Source: a virus
Lineage: Duplodnaviria > Caudoviricetes
Reading direction: 5' to 3' (one strand)
Virus record (IMG/VR): IMGVR_UViG_3300031820_000007
Location: 1 to 48,617 of that record
Length of the DNA: 48,617 bases
A program made the translations under genes and the position numbers. Positions 1-9,573 of the stretch are shown here, in pieces; the stretch's first letter is position 1; every line of letters begins with the position of its first letter. The notes below the pieces were generated by a model that was given only the letters and a program-made list of their open reading frames with translations, ran no database searches and was not told the origin of the DNA.

Positions 1-401
1 AAGATTGGGGTAGCAGCCGCGGCCGGTAGCCCTTGCAAGATTCTTCTGCCTTCCACGTCGCCTACGGTGGGACAGGTCCTTTCTAGTGCCGCGCCTTCGG
101 GTGGAAACTGCGTGACGAGTTGGACCGCACCGGGTGCCGGGGTTTCATCCTTTTCGGGAGACGGCACGATCATCACGAACAGTGCCTCGACGGGAGCAGT
201 GACAACATCGATAGCCGGAACGAGCGGCGGGATTCCCTATTTCAATTCGGCAACGTCGTGGGCATCATCTGGAGCGCTCGCCGCCAACGTACTAGTGAAA
301 GGTGGCGGCGCCGGCACCGCGCCGTCCGGTTCTTCGCTCACGGATGCTGGGACTAGAGTGGTAGGCACCGAGCCTATCGCGCTTGCCGATGGCACCGTGA
401 G
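1..401. repeat. Left copy of a 401-bp terminal direct repeat (other copy 48217-48617)
   Basis: Base-by-base comparison: identical at 1-62 and 283-401. I counted 21 mismatches between 63 and 282, all synonymous except one codon (ACA Thr vs GCC Ala). Confidence 0.95.
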
Positions 402-1023
402 CGCGCCTGCTTACGTCTTCTCTGGTGAAACTCAATTGGGATGGTTTCGGCGCACAGCCAGCGTGCTCGCGCTCGGGATTGGAGGAACGAATTCACAAGT
501 AGAAATTTTCAATCCAGGATTTCGCGTCCCATCGGGAGCTCCAATCGGATGGACGGCCAGCGCGACCGCTTCGGCATCGTACGATACGGCGCTCAGTCGG
601 GATTCCGCCGGAGTGGTGGACGTGGGAACCGGCGCGGCCGGCAATAAAGCTGGATCACTGAACGCGACGAACCTAACTGCAAGTGCAGCCCTTTCCGGCG
701 CAAGCTATCTGTCGGCAACAAACTGCTCGAGTAGTGCCGCCCCAGCCGTTTGCGGCTCCGCCGCTGCGGGCAGCGTGGTGATCGCCGCAGGGGGAACGAC
801 CGTGACCGTGAATACCACTGCCCCGACTGCCAACAGCCAGATATTCCTGCTTGCCGATGACACACTGGGAACGAAACTGAGCGTTACCTGCAATAGTACG
901 CTCGCCACACTGATCGGAGGACTGGCGGTCACGGCTCGCACGGCAGGAACAAGCTTTCAAATCACCAGTGGGGCCACCCCAGCCGTAAATCCACTGTGTA
1001 TTAGCTATCTGATTATAAACTAA
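1..1023 (+). CDS. C-terminal part of a tail fibre/spike-like protein that starts at 46993 and crosses the circular junction
   Basis: Frame 1 is open from position 1 (KIGVAAAAGSPCK...) and matches the frame at 48217. G/S/T/A-rich, with a fibre-like DGTVSAPAYVFSGET segment and a beta-rich C-terminal domain. Confidence 0.75.
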   Translation, partial: KIGVAAAAGSPCKILLPSTSPTVGQVLSSAAPSGGNCVTSWTAPGAGVSSFSGDGTIITNSASTGAVTTSIAGTSGGIPYFNSATSWASSGALAANVLVKGGGAGTAPSGSSLTDAGTRVVGTEPIALADGTVSAPAYVFSGETQLGWFRRTASVLALGIGGTNSQVEIFNPGFRVPSGAPIGWTASATASASYDTALSRDSAGVVDVGTGAAGNKAGSLNATNLTASAALSGASYLSATNCSSSAAPAVCGSAAAGSVVIAAGGTTVTVNTTAPTANSQIFLLADDTLGTKLSVTCNSTLATLIGGLAVTARTAGTSFQITSGATPAVNPLCISYLIIN

Positions 1024-1033
1024 GGACCTTCTC

Positions 1034-3310
1034 ATGCGTAGGTTACTTACACTTTTCACCTTACTTTTCCTCTCATGCGTACCTGCCCTAGCTCAAATAG
1101 GACAGCGATCATACGGACCCGTCACCACCACTACCCCCGATATCGGTATCAGCAATATAGGTAGCAACATCGCTTACCATCAGCTCTCATGGAACCCGGT
1201 AGGCACCGTGAGTGGGTGTACGGTGAAACTACAGCAGTCCTCCGATAACTCCACCTGGTCCGATCTTATCGGAGCACAAACGTGTACGACGGCAGGCCAA
1301 AGCGCGGTAACGAACGGGTCTGTTAATTACACACGTATCGATCCTACCACGGTAACGGTATCGGGTGGAGGTTACGTAGTCTTCACCTGGAACGGGTGGA
1401 ACGCTAGTCCGAGCGGTGGGGGTACGGGTACTTCCTTAAGCGGCCAGTCTTTAATCAACGTAAGTAATAACACCACAGGCGCGAATACCTTAACGTGGAC
1501 GCGACTGGGCGCCGTGATCGGGACTCCGCTCCAGGCGGGAGGTAGTCTATCACTGCAGGAACCTTCTGCTTTTATCCAGACATCACCGCAGATTCTTTCC
1601 ACCGGTTTTTCGCAGGTCGTTGGCATGCTCTATACGTGCCAAGGCGGAGGGAATATTTGCTATGCGGAAGCGCCTAATCCTCAAGGTCCGTTCACGCCGC
1701 TGGCGACGAACGTTCTCGGAAATGTCGGGTGTGCCAGCAACGTATTGAGCATCAGTGGGCAGCTCGTGATGTTCGCATGCGCTGGTCGCGTGGACATCCA
1801 TCGCTACCATTCGACCACGCACGGGGTTTCCTGGGTCGACGATGGAGTTGTGGTTACTCACGTTCCGGCAACTTGGCTCAATGCGGCTGAAAATTCATCG
1901 ATATTAATCGTGAACGGTACTTGCTATTTGTGGGTCGAAGGAGATGCGAACGGTACGACTCTTGCCCAAGGACTCTGGACAGGAAATTCCACCTGCGCCG
2001 CCAACAGTTTCACCGAACAAGCCGGAGACCCGCAAATTCCTACGAGTGAGATCAATGGAGGCGGCCCATTCGTCTATTACGACGGCACGACTTTCTGGCA
2101 GTGGGAGCACGGCGGATCAACAACAGCCAGTGCTTATCCGACCTATCTCTATTTTACGCAACTGAATTCCAACGGCGCCGGAACGCCGCCTCCACACACA
2201 CATACGCAGTTCATGCTGCCGCGATTTGTAGACGAAGGCGCTGGCTTCACGAATGGCATTAACGCCCAAGTTGCAGATCCGTTTTTGTTGGAGTGGCCGT
2301 ACGCCCAAGGAGATTCGAGAAATACTACGTATCTCTACTACAGTACCTGCTCGGAGAATTGCGCATCTCCACAATTGCAAGCCCTGACTCTGAACGTAGC
2401 TTCGATTCCGCTGCCCATGAAAAGCATCGCGGCGATGACGCAAGCCGATCAGGGAGTGCAGTACAGCCACATGGGATGGGAATTTGTGCAGGGACTCTCT
2501 TCGAATACCCCGCTACCCGTCCCCACACTCTTTGACAGCGCCAATCGCGCCAACAGTACTAATATGGGCAACGATTGGAGCGCCGTATATAGCAACAATC
2601 AGGCGCAAATCGTCAGTAATCGCTTCGAGCCGAGCGCCTCGTCCGGCAGTGCTCGACCTATCCACGTTCGCGTGCAACCGTGCGGCGATTGCTTCGCCAG
2701 CGTTCAATTGATTGCGGCCGCGAGCACGTCCACTACAGGACTTTTGCTCCGGGGCTCTCCTATCTCCGGCAGTCAGTATTACGAATGCGTCACGGTCAAC
2801 GCGCTGGGCAGTTCTCAATCTGTAACGATTCGCAGATGGAACGGATCGAACTCTCTCGTTACGATTGCCACAACTACCGGGACGCCTCAAGCGAACGATT
2901 GGATGGTTTTTACCGCCGTCGGAACGACGCTCACTTGCATGATTTACGATTCCACTGGAAATATCATTGTGAGTGGCACGGATACAAACATCGCGTCTGG
3001 TTATGTCGGGATGACCGTTATTGATGCCACTCCGGCCAATGCGATTCTGGATAATTGGAGCGGCGGATCGATCAATGGTGATGGCAGTATGGCTACACAG
3101 CAGAGTCAGATTTGGACAACGCCGCAACTCTTTCAGCAGGCGGTGCTGCAGCCGTATCTTGTAGCGAACCTACCTTCTGCAGCGTCCGTGAAATCGGGAA
3201 CCACCGTGGTCGTGACGGACGCCACAACGTTCACGGTGGGAACCTGCACCGGGGGCGGATCGGACACCATGCTCGCAGTCAGCAATGGAACCTCTTGGAG
3301 TTGTCATTAA
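1034..3310 (+). CDS. Signal-peptide protein with a glycoside-hydrolase-like beta-propeller and a ConA/lectin-like domain; candidate spike or depolymerase
   Basis: N-terminus MRRLLTLFTLLFLSCVPALA|Q. Propeller-type segments QEPS, GPFTP, SWVDDG and ADPFLLE. Beta-sandwich C-terminal region. RBS-like AAGGA upstream. Confidence 0.6.
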   Translation: MRRLLTLFTLLFLSCVPALAQIGQRSYGPVTTTTPDIGISNIGSNIAYHQLSWNPVGTVSGCTVKLQQSSDNSTWSDLIGAQTCTTAGQSAVTNGSVNYTRIDPTTVTVSGGGYVVFTWNGWNASPSGGGTGTSLSGQSLINVSNNTTGANTLTWTRLGAVIGTPLQAGGSLSLQEPSAFIQTSPQILSTGFSQVVGMLYTCQGGGNICYAEAPNPQGPFTPLATNVLGNVGCASNVLSISGQLVMFACAGRVDIHRYHSTTHGVSWVDDGVVVTHVPATWLNAAENSSILIVNGTCYLWVEGDANGTTLAQGLWTGNSTCAANSFTEQAGDPQIPTSEINGGGPFVYYDGTTFWQWEHGGSTTASAYPTYLYFTQLNSNGAGTPPPHTHTQFMLPRFVDEGAGFTNGINAQVADPFLLEWPYAQGDSRNTTYLYYSTCSENCASPQLQALTLNVASIPLPMKSIAAMTQADQGVQYSHMGWEFVQGLSSNTPLPVPTLFDSANRANSTNMGNDWSAVYSNNQAQIVSNRFEPSASSGSARPIHVRVQPCGDCFASVQLIAAASTSTTGLLLRGSPISGSQYYECVTVNALGSSQSVTIRRWNGSNSLVTIATTTGTPQANDWMVFTAVGTTLTCMIYDSTGNIIVSGTDTNIASGYVGMTVIDATPANAILDNWSGGSINGDGSMATQQSQIWTTPQLFQQAVLQPYLVANLPSAASVKSGTTVVVTDATTFTVGTCTGGGSDTMLAVSNGTSWSCH

Positions 3311-3325
3311 CATGGGGGGCTCTGT

Positions 3326-3580
3326 ATGAACGGGCGCATACTCGACGGCGCTACGCCGGAGGAACGTATCGCTGCGTTGTTTCGATCCGTGTTGCATCAC
3401 TACGCGGTTCCAGTACCGAACGTACCTGACTATGCGGACATCGAGGTGTTGATCCGTCCGTTCGTGGAGCTGGAGATATGGCGTGCTGTAGAGGCGTATA
3501 TCGCTTCGCCGATGCCGCTGGCTGTCGTCCAACAGCAGATTAACAACTTGCGTCGGGAGTGTCTCCTACGCCACTTCTAA
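3326..3580 (+). CDS. Hypothetical protein
   Basis: 84-aa ORF with GGGGGG upstream, co-oriented and tightly packed. Confidence 0.55.
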   Translation: MNGRILDGATPEERIAALFRSVLHHYAVPVPNVPDYADIEVLIRPFVELEIWRAVEAYIASPMPLAVVQQQINNLRRECLLRHF

Positions 3581-3789
3581 CCCAATGGCAGTGGTTACAG
3601 ATAGCGGGGGTGGTGGGGGCAGCGTGGGTTCTGGCGGTTCAGATGCGTAAGCAGGTGAACGGGCTCGGTGCTAAAGTGAGGGAAGATGAGAGGAAACGTA
3701 TCAAAGACCTGGCGGTACAGTTGGAGCTCCATTGTGAGGAGCCTAACGCTGTGCGGCTTCTTGCTCAGCATCTGCGCGATACCGTGTAG
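3559..3789 (+). CDS. Small membrane protein (possible holin-like)
   Basis: GTG start after GGGAG. One hydrophobic segment (WQWLQIAGVVGAAWVLAV) followed by a charged tail. Confidence 0.5.
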   Translation: MSPTPLLTQWQWLQIAGVVGAAWVLAVQMRKQVNGLGAKVREDERKRIKDLAVQLELHCEEPNAVRLLAQHLRDTV

Positions 3790-4981
3790 TGGGCAGGTTC
3801 CGTACACGGTGACTGGTACCGTACAGTCGAATACGGGCGCGCTGGCGACGTCGGGCTCTGTAACATTCAGGATCCGCCCGAGTTCGCAGTCGATTCTATA
3901 TTACATCGCCGGCACGACGGTGATAGCCCCGCAGATAGCCACCTGCGGGATTAACGCGAGCGGTCTCATCAAGAACGCGACGAATCTCGCCAACCCTTGC
4001 ACTGTATGGGGGAACGATCAGATAACACCGGGTAATACGACGTATGACGTAACGTTCGCGCCGAATGGTGTCACGACTAACATGATACATCAGGTGGGGA
4101 TCAATTCGGTATGTATGAATCTCAACTCACCGTGTTTCCTCCCCGTTATCAACGTCGTGCCGCAGTATCAGACGATAACGACGAGTCCGATCGCGGTGAA
4201 CCTCATCCCTGCCGTCGCACACGTCTTCAACGTAGGTAACGTAGGCTTCCCTTACGCAGCTGGTTACTTCGACAATCTGTTCGTTACGTCGTTTAACATC
4301 ACAACGATTAACGCCACGAATGTGAACACGACGAACTTAAATACGACGAATCTAACGGTTACAGGGACCTTTCCTTCTCATACTTGGTACGGAAATAATA
4401 CAGGTATATCTGCCGCACCTGGCGTAGAATCGATAGGCCTTACCGATATCGGTCCTGGGATAACGAGTACTGGTACGTACGATTTCAGCCCTAGCACGAT
4501 AACGAAGCTACATGTAGGTGCAGGTTACGTCCCCTCTAGTAACGGTGAGATAGGTTTCAACTCTACAACGGGGCAGTGGGTTGCGTGGGTCAAGCAAAAC
4601 GCGACATTAGTTAACGGTGAGTTCGTTACCACACAGAGCGGTCAGTTTGCTCCCCCAAGCTGTGCTCAATGGGAGCCTGGTACTACCCCGTTTATAGGGG
4701 ATGGTCTTGGTGGTAACTGTATGTATTCTACCACACATACAGGTGCTACAGCGTTAGTTACCACGTTACATCAGGTAATTGATGTATGTACGTTAGGTAC
4801 CAACTGTGTGGTAACGTTTAGCGGCGCCGCGCCGTTCAGTAATACAGGCGGCTTCGACTGCTTCGCACGTGACGCTACAACACCCGCGAACGCGGTAACG
4901 GTTGCTCTTGGGCCCGGAACGGGGGTTACGTTTACAGGGACGGGGACAGATGTAGTTCACTACATCTGTACGGGGTTCTGA
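3734..4981 (+). CDS. Signal-peptide, Cys-rich fibre-like protein
   Basis: GTG 3734 follows GGAG and gives MRSLTLCGFLLSICAIPCSG|QVPY. Contains NxT-rich repeats (NITTINATNVNTTNLNTTNL) and a beta-rich C-terminal domain. Confidence 0.6.
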   Translation: MRSLTLCGFLLSICAIPCSGQVPYTVTGTVQSNTGALATSGSVTFRIRPSSQSILYYIAGTTVIAPQIATCGINASGLIKNATNLANPCTVWGNDQITPGNTTYDVTFAPNGVTTNMIHQVGINSVCMNLNSPCFLPVINVVPQYQTITTSPIAVNLIPAVAHVFNVGNVGFPYAAGYFDNLFVTSFNITTINATNVNTTNLNTTNLTVTGTFPSHTWYGNNTGISAAPGVESIGLTDIGPGITSTGTYDFSPSTITKLHVGAGYVPSSNGEIGFNSTTGQWVAWVKQNATLVNGEFVTTQSGQFAPPSCAQWEPGTTPFIGDGLGGNCMYSTTHTGATALVTTLHQVIDVCTLGTNCVVTFSGAAPFSNTGGFDCFARDATTPANAVTVALGPGTGVTFTGTGTDVVHYICTGF

Positions 4982-4982
4982 C

Positions 4983-5228
4983 ATGTTCATACGACATATG
5001 TTCGATGGGCAAAAGACGGTGTGGACGAGGTGTGACAGGTGCGGGTTCGAGTTGCCTGTGGGAGTCCTCACGTCGCAGAAAGGCCTGCTCCTCTGCCCAG
5101 ACTGCTACGACTCACTCCTCGTGGAAGAACGTCAGTTTATGATACAGGAAGTGCTGAGCGATGGAGAAGAACTGTTGGATGTGGTCGGAGAAGTGCGTGC
5201 GGTACCGACGGAGATACCCGAGCTATGA
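4983..5228 (+). CDS. Small zinc-binding protein
   Basis: CDRC...CPDC motifs; stop overlaps the next ATG (ATGA). Confidence 0.7.
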   Translation: MFIRHMFDGQKTVWTRCDRCGFELPVGVLTSQKGLLLCPDCYDSLLVEERQFMIQEVLSDGEELLDVVGEVRAVPTEIPEL

Positions 5229-5914
5229 GTACAATCAACGACTTCGTGCCTGTTGTCGCGTACAATCTCGGTAACCGTACGGATTTGACTAGCGGCAGCC
5301 CGAGTAAGGTAGCGATATGGCTACAACAGGCTTACCAACACCTTACAATGGCGTATCCGTTTGAAGAGCTGCAATTCACGTTCGATGATACGTTCCTGCT
5401 AGGTCAAGACACGTACGATTACCCAGACGACGCACGTGCAATCGTCACGATCAGCTTGACGATACCGGGGAGTTTGCAATCGCAGCAGCCGGTGTACAGG
5501 AGGGATATACGGCTCTTACGCAGGTACGCTAACGTTATCCAAGGCCCACCTTCTATCTACGCGCCGTTTAACAGGAAGATCTTGGTTAGGCCCGTTCCGG
5601 ATCAGACGTACCCGTTCAAGTGGGATTTCTGGCAGCTGCCGCAGATTACGGCGAATATCATCGATACGCCGATCCTCACGCCGCAGGATTGGAATGACAT
5701 CCTTCAATACCTCGCGACGATGTACGGTCACATGTCACTTATGGAGAGGGATAAGGCAGGAGAACTCCATCAGCTCCTATACGGTGACCCGAAGAACGTT
5801 GAGAACCCGGGGTTGATCAAATCACGCCTCCTTATCCACGCGGCGGAGTCCTACGACTCTGAGTTCGCGATCCGGCCGAGGGTCCGTAACTACACGTTTA
5901 GGAGGAGCTGGTGA
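5225..5914 (+). CDS. Head-tail adaptor / tail tubular protein A-like
   Basis: ATG 5225 after GGAG. GQDTYDYPDD, GPPSIY and VRPVPD segments typical of podovirus adaptors; position before the nozzle gene. Confidence 0.7.
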   Translation: MSTINDFVPVVAYNLGNRTDLTSGSPSKVAIWLQQAYQHLTMAYPFEELQFTFDDTFLLGQDTYDYPDDARAIVTISLTIPGSLQSQQPVYRRDIRLLRRYANVIQGPPSIYAPFNRKILVRPVPDQTYPFKWDFWQLPQITANIIDTPILTPQDWNDILQYLATMYGHMSLMERDKAGELHQLLYGDPKNVENPGLIKSRLLIHAAESYDSEFAIRPRVRNYTFRRSW

Positions 5915-7020
5915 CGCTGAAGGTCATCCCGCTTAAACAGCAGGGGACACCCTGGCAGGGCGTGGTGTCGGATTACCCACCTCCGTTGAGCCTCGCGGCA
6001 CACGTAGACGCGGCTAACTTCCTGTATCGGATGGGGCGTATCCAAACGCGTCCACGTTTCAATCCTTTCACGCTGAGCCCTGACGGTGCCCGCGCGAGGG
6101 TCCTACGTACGTTCCAAGATGGGGTGAACCTAACGCATACACTGCTTCTCACGACGAAGAACGCGTTTATGCTGACGAATCCACCACCTGTGTGGAACTT
6201 ACTTACGTATCCAGGCGGGATTACGAATTTGGATGGCACCGCGCTGCCCTTCGGGTTCACAGAGATCTTGAACGCTATCTACTTCGCGAATGGATCGGTG
6301 CCCGTACTATACTGCGACGGTGAGGCGACGTTAAAGGTGGCTGGCGATGTTCCGGGTTCAGCCCGCTTCATGTGTGAGAACCAGCAGACGTTAATCATAG
6401 CTGCTACCACGGAGCCCGCACCTGGAACGGTTAACTCAACGTTCTTTCCTAACCGCGTGCGGTGGTCAGCTGACGGCTTGCCGAACGAGTGGGATCCTAC
6501 CGTGGACATCTCCGCGGGCTTTAACGACCTAATCGAGACGCCGGACGTCATCACAGGACTTGTAACACAAGGTCGCAATACGTATGTATACCGTACAAAT
6601 GGGATAACACCGATGTATCCGACAGGGATCGCGGATCTCCCGTTTGAGTTTGAAGATTACTCTGTAGCTCCGGAGGGGCAGGGGAACATCTTTCCGTACT
6701 CGCTAGATGTCTTCAACAACATAGCAGCGTTTGTGTCCGCTGATACGATACGTACGTTTGATGGCTCTAACACACAGGCGATAGCGACGGGTAAAACACG
6801 TAATCGTATCTACGCTGATCTCAAGGCGGCAACGGGTGATGAGGTATGTGGACGTATCCTTCCCAATATGGGCGTTAACTTCCCGTATCTAGCTTACTAT
6901 CTTAGCATCCCTGGCCCGAATGTAACCTGGGTGTATAACTTTGATGAAGATAACTGGACACGGATACTGTCGTCGGAACTGTTCCTATCAGCGTTAGGAC
7001 TCGTATCGTTAGGGGTATAA
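5911..7020 (+). CDS. Tail nozzle / stabilisation protein (P22 gp10 or tubular B-like, propeller part)
   Basis: AGGAGG RBS. PNRVRWS...W motif and beta-propeller-like repeats ending in TWVYNFDEDNW. Confidence 0.65.
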   Translation: MTLKVIPLKQQGTPWQGVVSDYPPPLSLAAHVDAANFLYRMGRIQTRPRFNPFTLSPDGARARVLRTFQDGVNLTHTLLLTTKNAFMLTNPPPVWNLLTYPGGITNLDGTALPFGFTEILNAIYFANGSVPVLYCDGEATLKVAGDVPGSARFMCENQQTLIIAATTEPAPGTVNSTFFPNRVRWSADGLPNEWDPTVDISAGFNDLIETPDVITGLVTQGRNTYVYRTNGITPMYPTGIADLPFEFEDYSVAPEGQGNIFPYSLDVFNNIAAFVSADTIRTFDGSNTQAIATGKTRNRIYADLKAATGDEVCGRILPNMGVNFPYLAYYLSIPGPNVTWVYNFDEDNWTRILSSELFLSALGLVSLGV

Positions 7021-7021
7021 C

Positions 7022-8122
7022 GTGGCGTTGCACCTTAACATCTCGCCGGCTTCCTCGTTACCTTTCGGTAACGTACCTGTAAGCGGCTCTGCAGTGTTGA
7101 ATATCAACACGTCGTGCAGCGGGGGCCTCACAGGCGATACCGTCTCGTGGACGTGGTCGATTACAGGTCCCGATGCAGCAGATTTCAGCCCGTCAAGTAA
7201 CGCGGGGACCGAAACGCAAGGGGACCCCGTTACACATAACCCTGTTACTTTCTCGCCGTCGTCCCCTGGTGCGAAAAGTGCGACGCTGACAATTACATGG
7301 GGGTTACCCGGCTCACCGCGCACTATCGCGTTGTCGGGTACGGGTGCGGCAGGCGGATCTCTTACACTCAGCCCGCAGACGACTAACGACTTCGGTCCTG
7401 TGAAAGATGGAACACCGTCAAGCGTACTCAACGTGCTCCTACAGAATAATTCGGGTACCGACGTCATCGTTACCGCGATTAACTTTAACGGGGATTTCGC
7501 CGCGGGTGGGGCGCTACCTGCTGTACCGTTCACTCAGCACGCTAACCACACCGACCCTGTGGTCGTCATCCCTGTTATCTTTACCCCGTCCGTAACCGGT
7601 TTTCGTATAACCGCGAACGCGGTAAGCGTGCCGAATAACGGAACGCCTAACCCTGCGTTGCAATCCATGCAGGGGACTGGTGTCGTGATCAACCCTGCGT
7701 TTACTGTAGCTGCCACACCGAAGGTGTTACTGCTCGGGTACGTCGATAATATCACACCTACAATCTTGCAAGCGGATCCAACCGATCTTGATACCGAAGA
7801 GGCAGCGTTCGTCACAAGCGTGTATGATTATGACTTACCACTGTATGAGAAGTATCTCAACCGCCACATCTTGCGGGCGGAAGACTTCGGCCTCTTCGAC
7901 TACACCGTGTCGATGATCACGCCAAGGCAAACAGTGACGATCAATAAAGTTTCCCAGGGAGGCCTCGCGGACGGCTCGGTGGCTAACTACTTCGCTGACG
8001 GTGGAGTATCCGATGACCTGATCACGGTTGAGATATCACGTGCTGCCGATGATGGGCCGCTCTCCATAACACAGATCTTCCACGAAGTGGAGAAGCGTGG
8101 GGAACAGGTGGAAGGTACATGA
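7022..8122 (+). CDS. Tail protein with two Ig-like (ASH/choice-of-anchor D-type) domains and a nozzle-like C-terminal domain
   Basis: Two repeats of the FG.V...VxFxPS..G....L.I...........L.GTG pattern. Confidence 0.65.
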   Translation: MALHLNISPASSLPFGNVPVSGSAVLNINTSCSGGLTGDTVSWTWSITGPDAADFSPSSNAGTETQGDPVTHNPVTFSPSSPGAKSATLTITWGLPGSPRTIALSGTGAAGGSLTLSPQTTNDFGPVKDGTPSSVLNVLLQNNSGTDVIVTAINFNGDFAAGGALPAVPFTQHANHTDPVVVIPVIFTPSVTGFRITANAVSVPNNGTPNPALQSMQGTGVVINPAFTVAATPKVLLLGYVDNITPTILQADPTDLDTEEAAFVTSVYDYDLPLYEKYLNRHILRAEDFGLFDYTVSMITPRQTVTINKVSQGGLADGSVANYFADGGVSDDLITVEISRAADDGPLSITQIFHEVEKRGEQVEGT

Positions 8123-8469
8123 GGCTACCCCGACGTACACGTACGGAGCCGACCAAGCTGCGCCCGGTTGACAAAGCAATGCAGACCGAGCATGAGGAGG
8201 TCGCACGTGTACTCAACGGAAATGTTTCATTCGGTATCGCGGGGAAGGCTGACAATGTCTCGGGCGCGTGGGCATCGATCGCCGACACGGGCGCGGCCAA
8301 TACGGACTTCACACTTACACACAACCTCGATCGCATACCCGAAGGCTGGCTGGTGGTCAACGTCAACCTTGCGACTGAGATCTACAAAGGAGGAGCACCG
8401 TGGACAGAGACAACAATAACGCTGAAGTCGTCAACAGCTCACGTAGCGTTGACTGTATTCGTGATCTAA
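8119..8469 (+). CDS. Small tail structural protein
   Basis: THNLDRIP motif common in phage fibre-associated beta domains; ATGA overlap. Confidence 0.6.
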   Translation: MRLPRRTRTEPTKLRPVDKAMQTEHEEVARVLNGNVSFGIAGKADNVSGAWASIADTGAANTDFTLTHNLDRIPEGWLVVNVNLATEIYKGGAPWTETTITLKSSTAHVALTVFVI

Positions 8470-8948
8470 AACTTATCGACCCGAAAGCATGGCCGCCCGA
8501 AAGGCTCGAGTGGCTCTGGCAGCATGTAAAAGAGGAGAAGTACGCGTGCGATGATCCTGGTGAGAACAACGCTGCGCTCTTCCTCGCCAACCTCTTCAAC
8601 CCGTGTACGGAACACTATGAGTACGGAGATGCGAGTTACTGGGTCGTGCTCAACATCGTAGCAGGGATCAACGCTGACATCCACTTCTGTCATTGGGACG
8701 ACGTCAGCGTGCATGAGGTTAAGGCTATCCACGATTATATCTACCGCCATCTGGTCGAGGTGTGGGATATCCACAGGACGACAGCGTACGTGCCGGAGTT
8801 CAACCAGCAGGCGAAACGTGTTTCACTTATCCTTGGGTATAAGTTTGAAGGCTGTGCGCGAGAGATGTTCCTCAAAGGAAAGCGTTTCTTTGACCTGAAC
8901 ATCTTCGGGCTTTTACGGTCGGATTTCGAACGTAAGCGAGGTGTGTAA
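8400..8948 (+). CDS. GNAT-family acetyltransferase (start uncertain)
   Basis: VPEFNQQAKR..LILGYKFEG..R motif of RimJ/RimL-type GNATs. Lies just before the ejection genes, as in many podoviruses. Confidence 0.75.
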   Translation: MDRDNNNAEVVNSSRSVDCIRDLKLIDPKAWPPERLEWLWQHVKEEKYACDDPGENNAALFLANLFNPCTEHYEYGDASYWVVLNIVAGINADIHFCHWDDVSVHEVKAIHDYIYRHLVEVWDIHRTTAYVPEFNQQAKRVSLILGYKFEGCAREMFLKGKRFFDLNIFGLLRSDFERKRGV

Positions 8949-9562
8949 TGCCACCATTAGCAATAATGGGTATTGGGGCCGGTTTAAGCGGGATCGGAAG
9001 TATGCTTGGTCAATCCGCGGCGAATAAAGGACCGCAGTCGATGTTCCCGAACCAGTTACAGAACTTTCTCCAGATGATGGGGGGAGGGCCAGGGGGAACG
9101 GGTTTCGGTAATATATCAGCCAACACACTCAGCTCTATGGCCGCTACCGGCGATCCCACAAATGTCGGCCCTGCGTGGAACGCGATGGTGACCGCGAATA
9201 AGCAGATGACGCAGCAGGGGTTGAACAACCTCATGACGCAGTTTGCAGGGGGTGGTGCGAGATATTCTTCGGGCGCGATGATGGCTGGTAACAACTACCT
9301 CACACAGTCGAATAATAACTTTATGAATATCCTCGCGCAGTATACGATGCAGGCACAAGAGAGCGCGGCTAACCGCATGATGCAAGCGAGTAACACGGGC
9401 TTCGGCGCGTTGCAAAATATCGCCACGATGTTCACACAGCCGAAGGGGAGTGTGGCAGGGGCAGGCCTTAGCTCGGCGGGGAGTAGTTTACAACTGATCA
9501 GTTTGCTCCAGCAGTTGAATAAACCGGCAGGCGGAGCAGGCGCAACAATGGGTTGGGGTTAA
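8948..9562 (+). CDS. Putative DNA ejection/pilot protein
   Basis: G/A/M/Q/N-rich, hydrophobic Gly-rich N-terminus; GAGGTG RBS and TAATG overlap. Confidence 0.6.
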   Translation: MPPLAIMGIGAGLSGIGSMLGQSAANKGPQSMFPNQLQNFLQMMGGGPGGTGFGNISANTLSSMAATGDPTNVGPAWNAMVTANKQMTQQGLNNLMTQFAGGGARYSSGAMMAGNNYLTQSNNNFMNILAQYTMQAQESAANRMMQASNTGFGALQNIATMFTQPKGSVAGAGLSSAGSSLQLISLLQQLNKPAGGAGATMGWG

Positions 9563-9573
9563 AGGAGGCATCA

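Noticed and set aside
1-401. Diversity-generating retroelement TR/VR pair
   Set aside because: Mismatches are not adenine-specific and are almost all synonymous; no reverse transcriptase was found.
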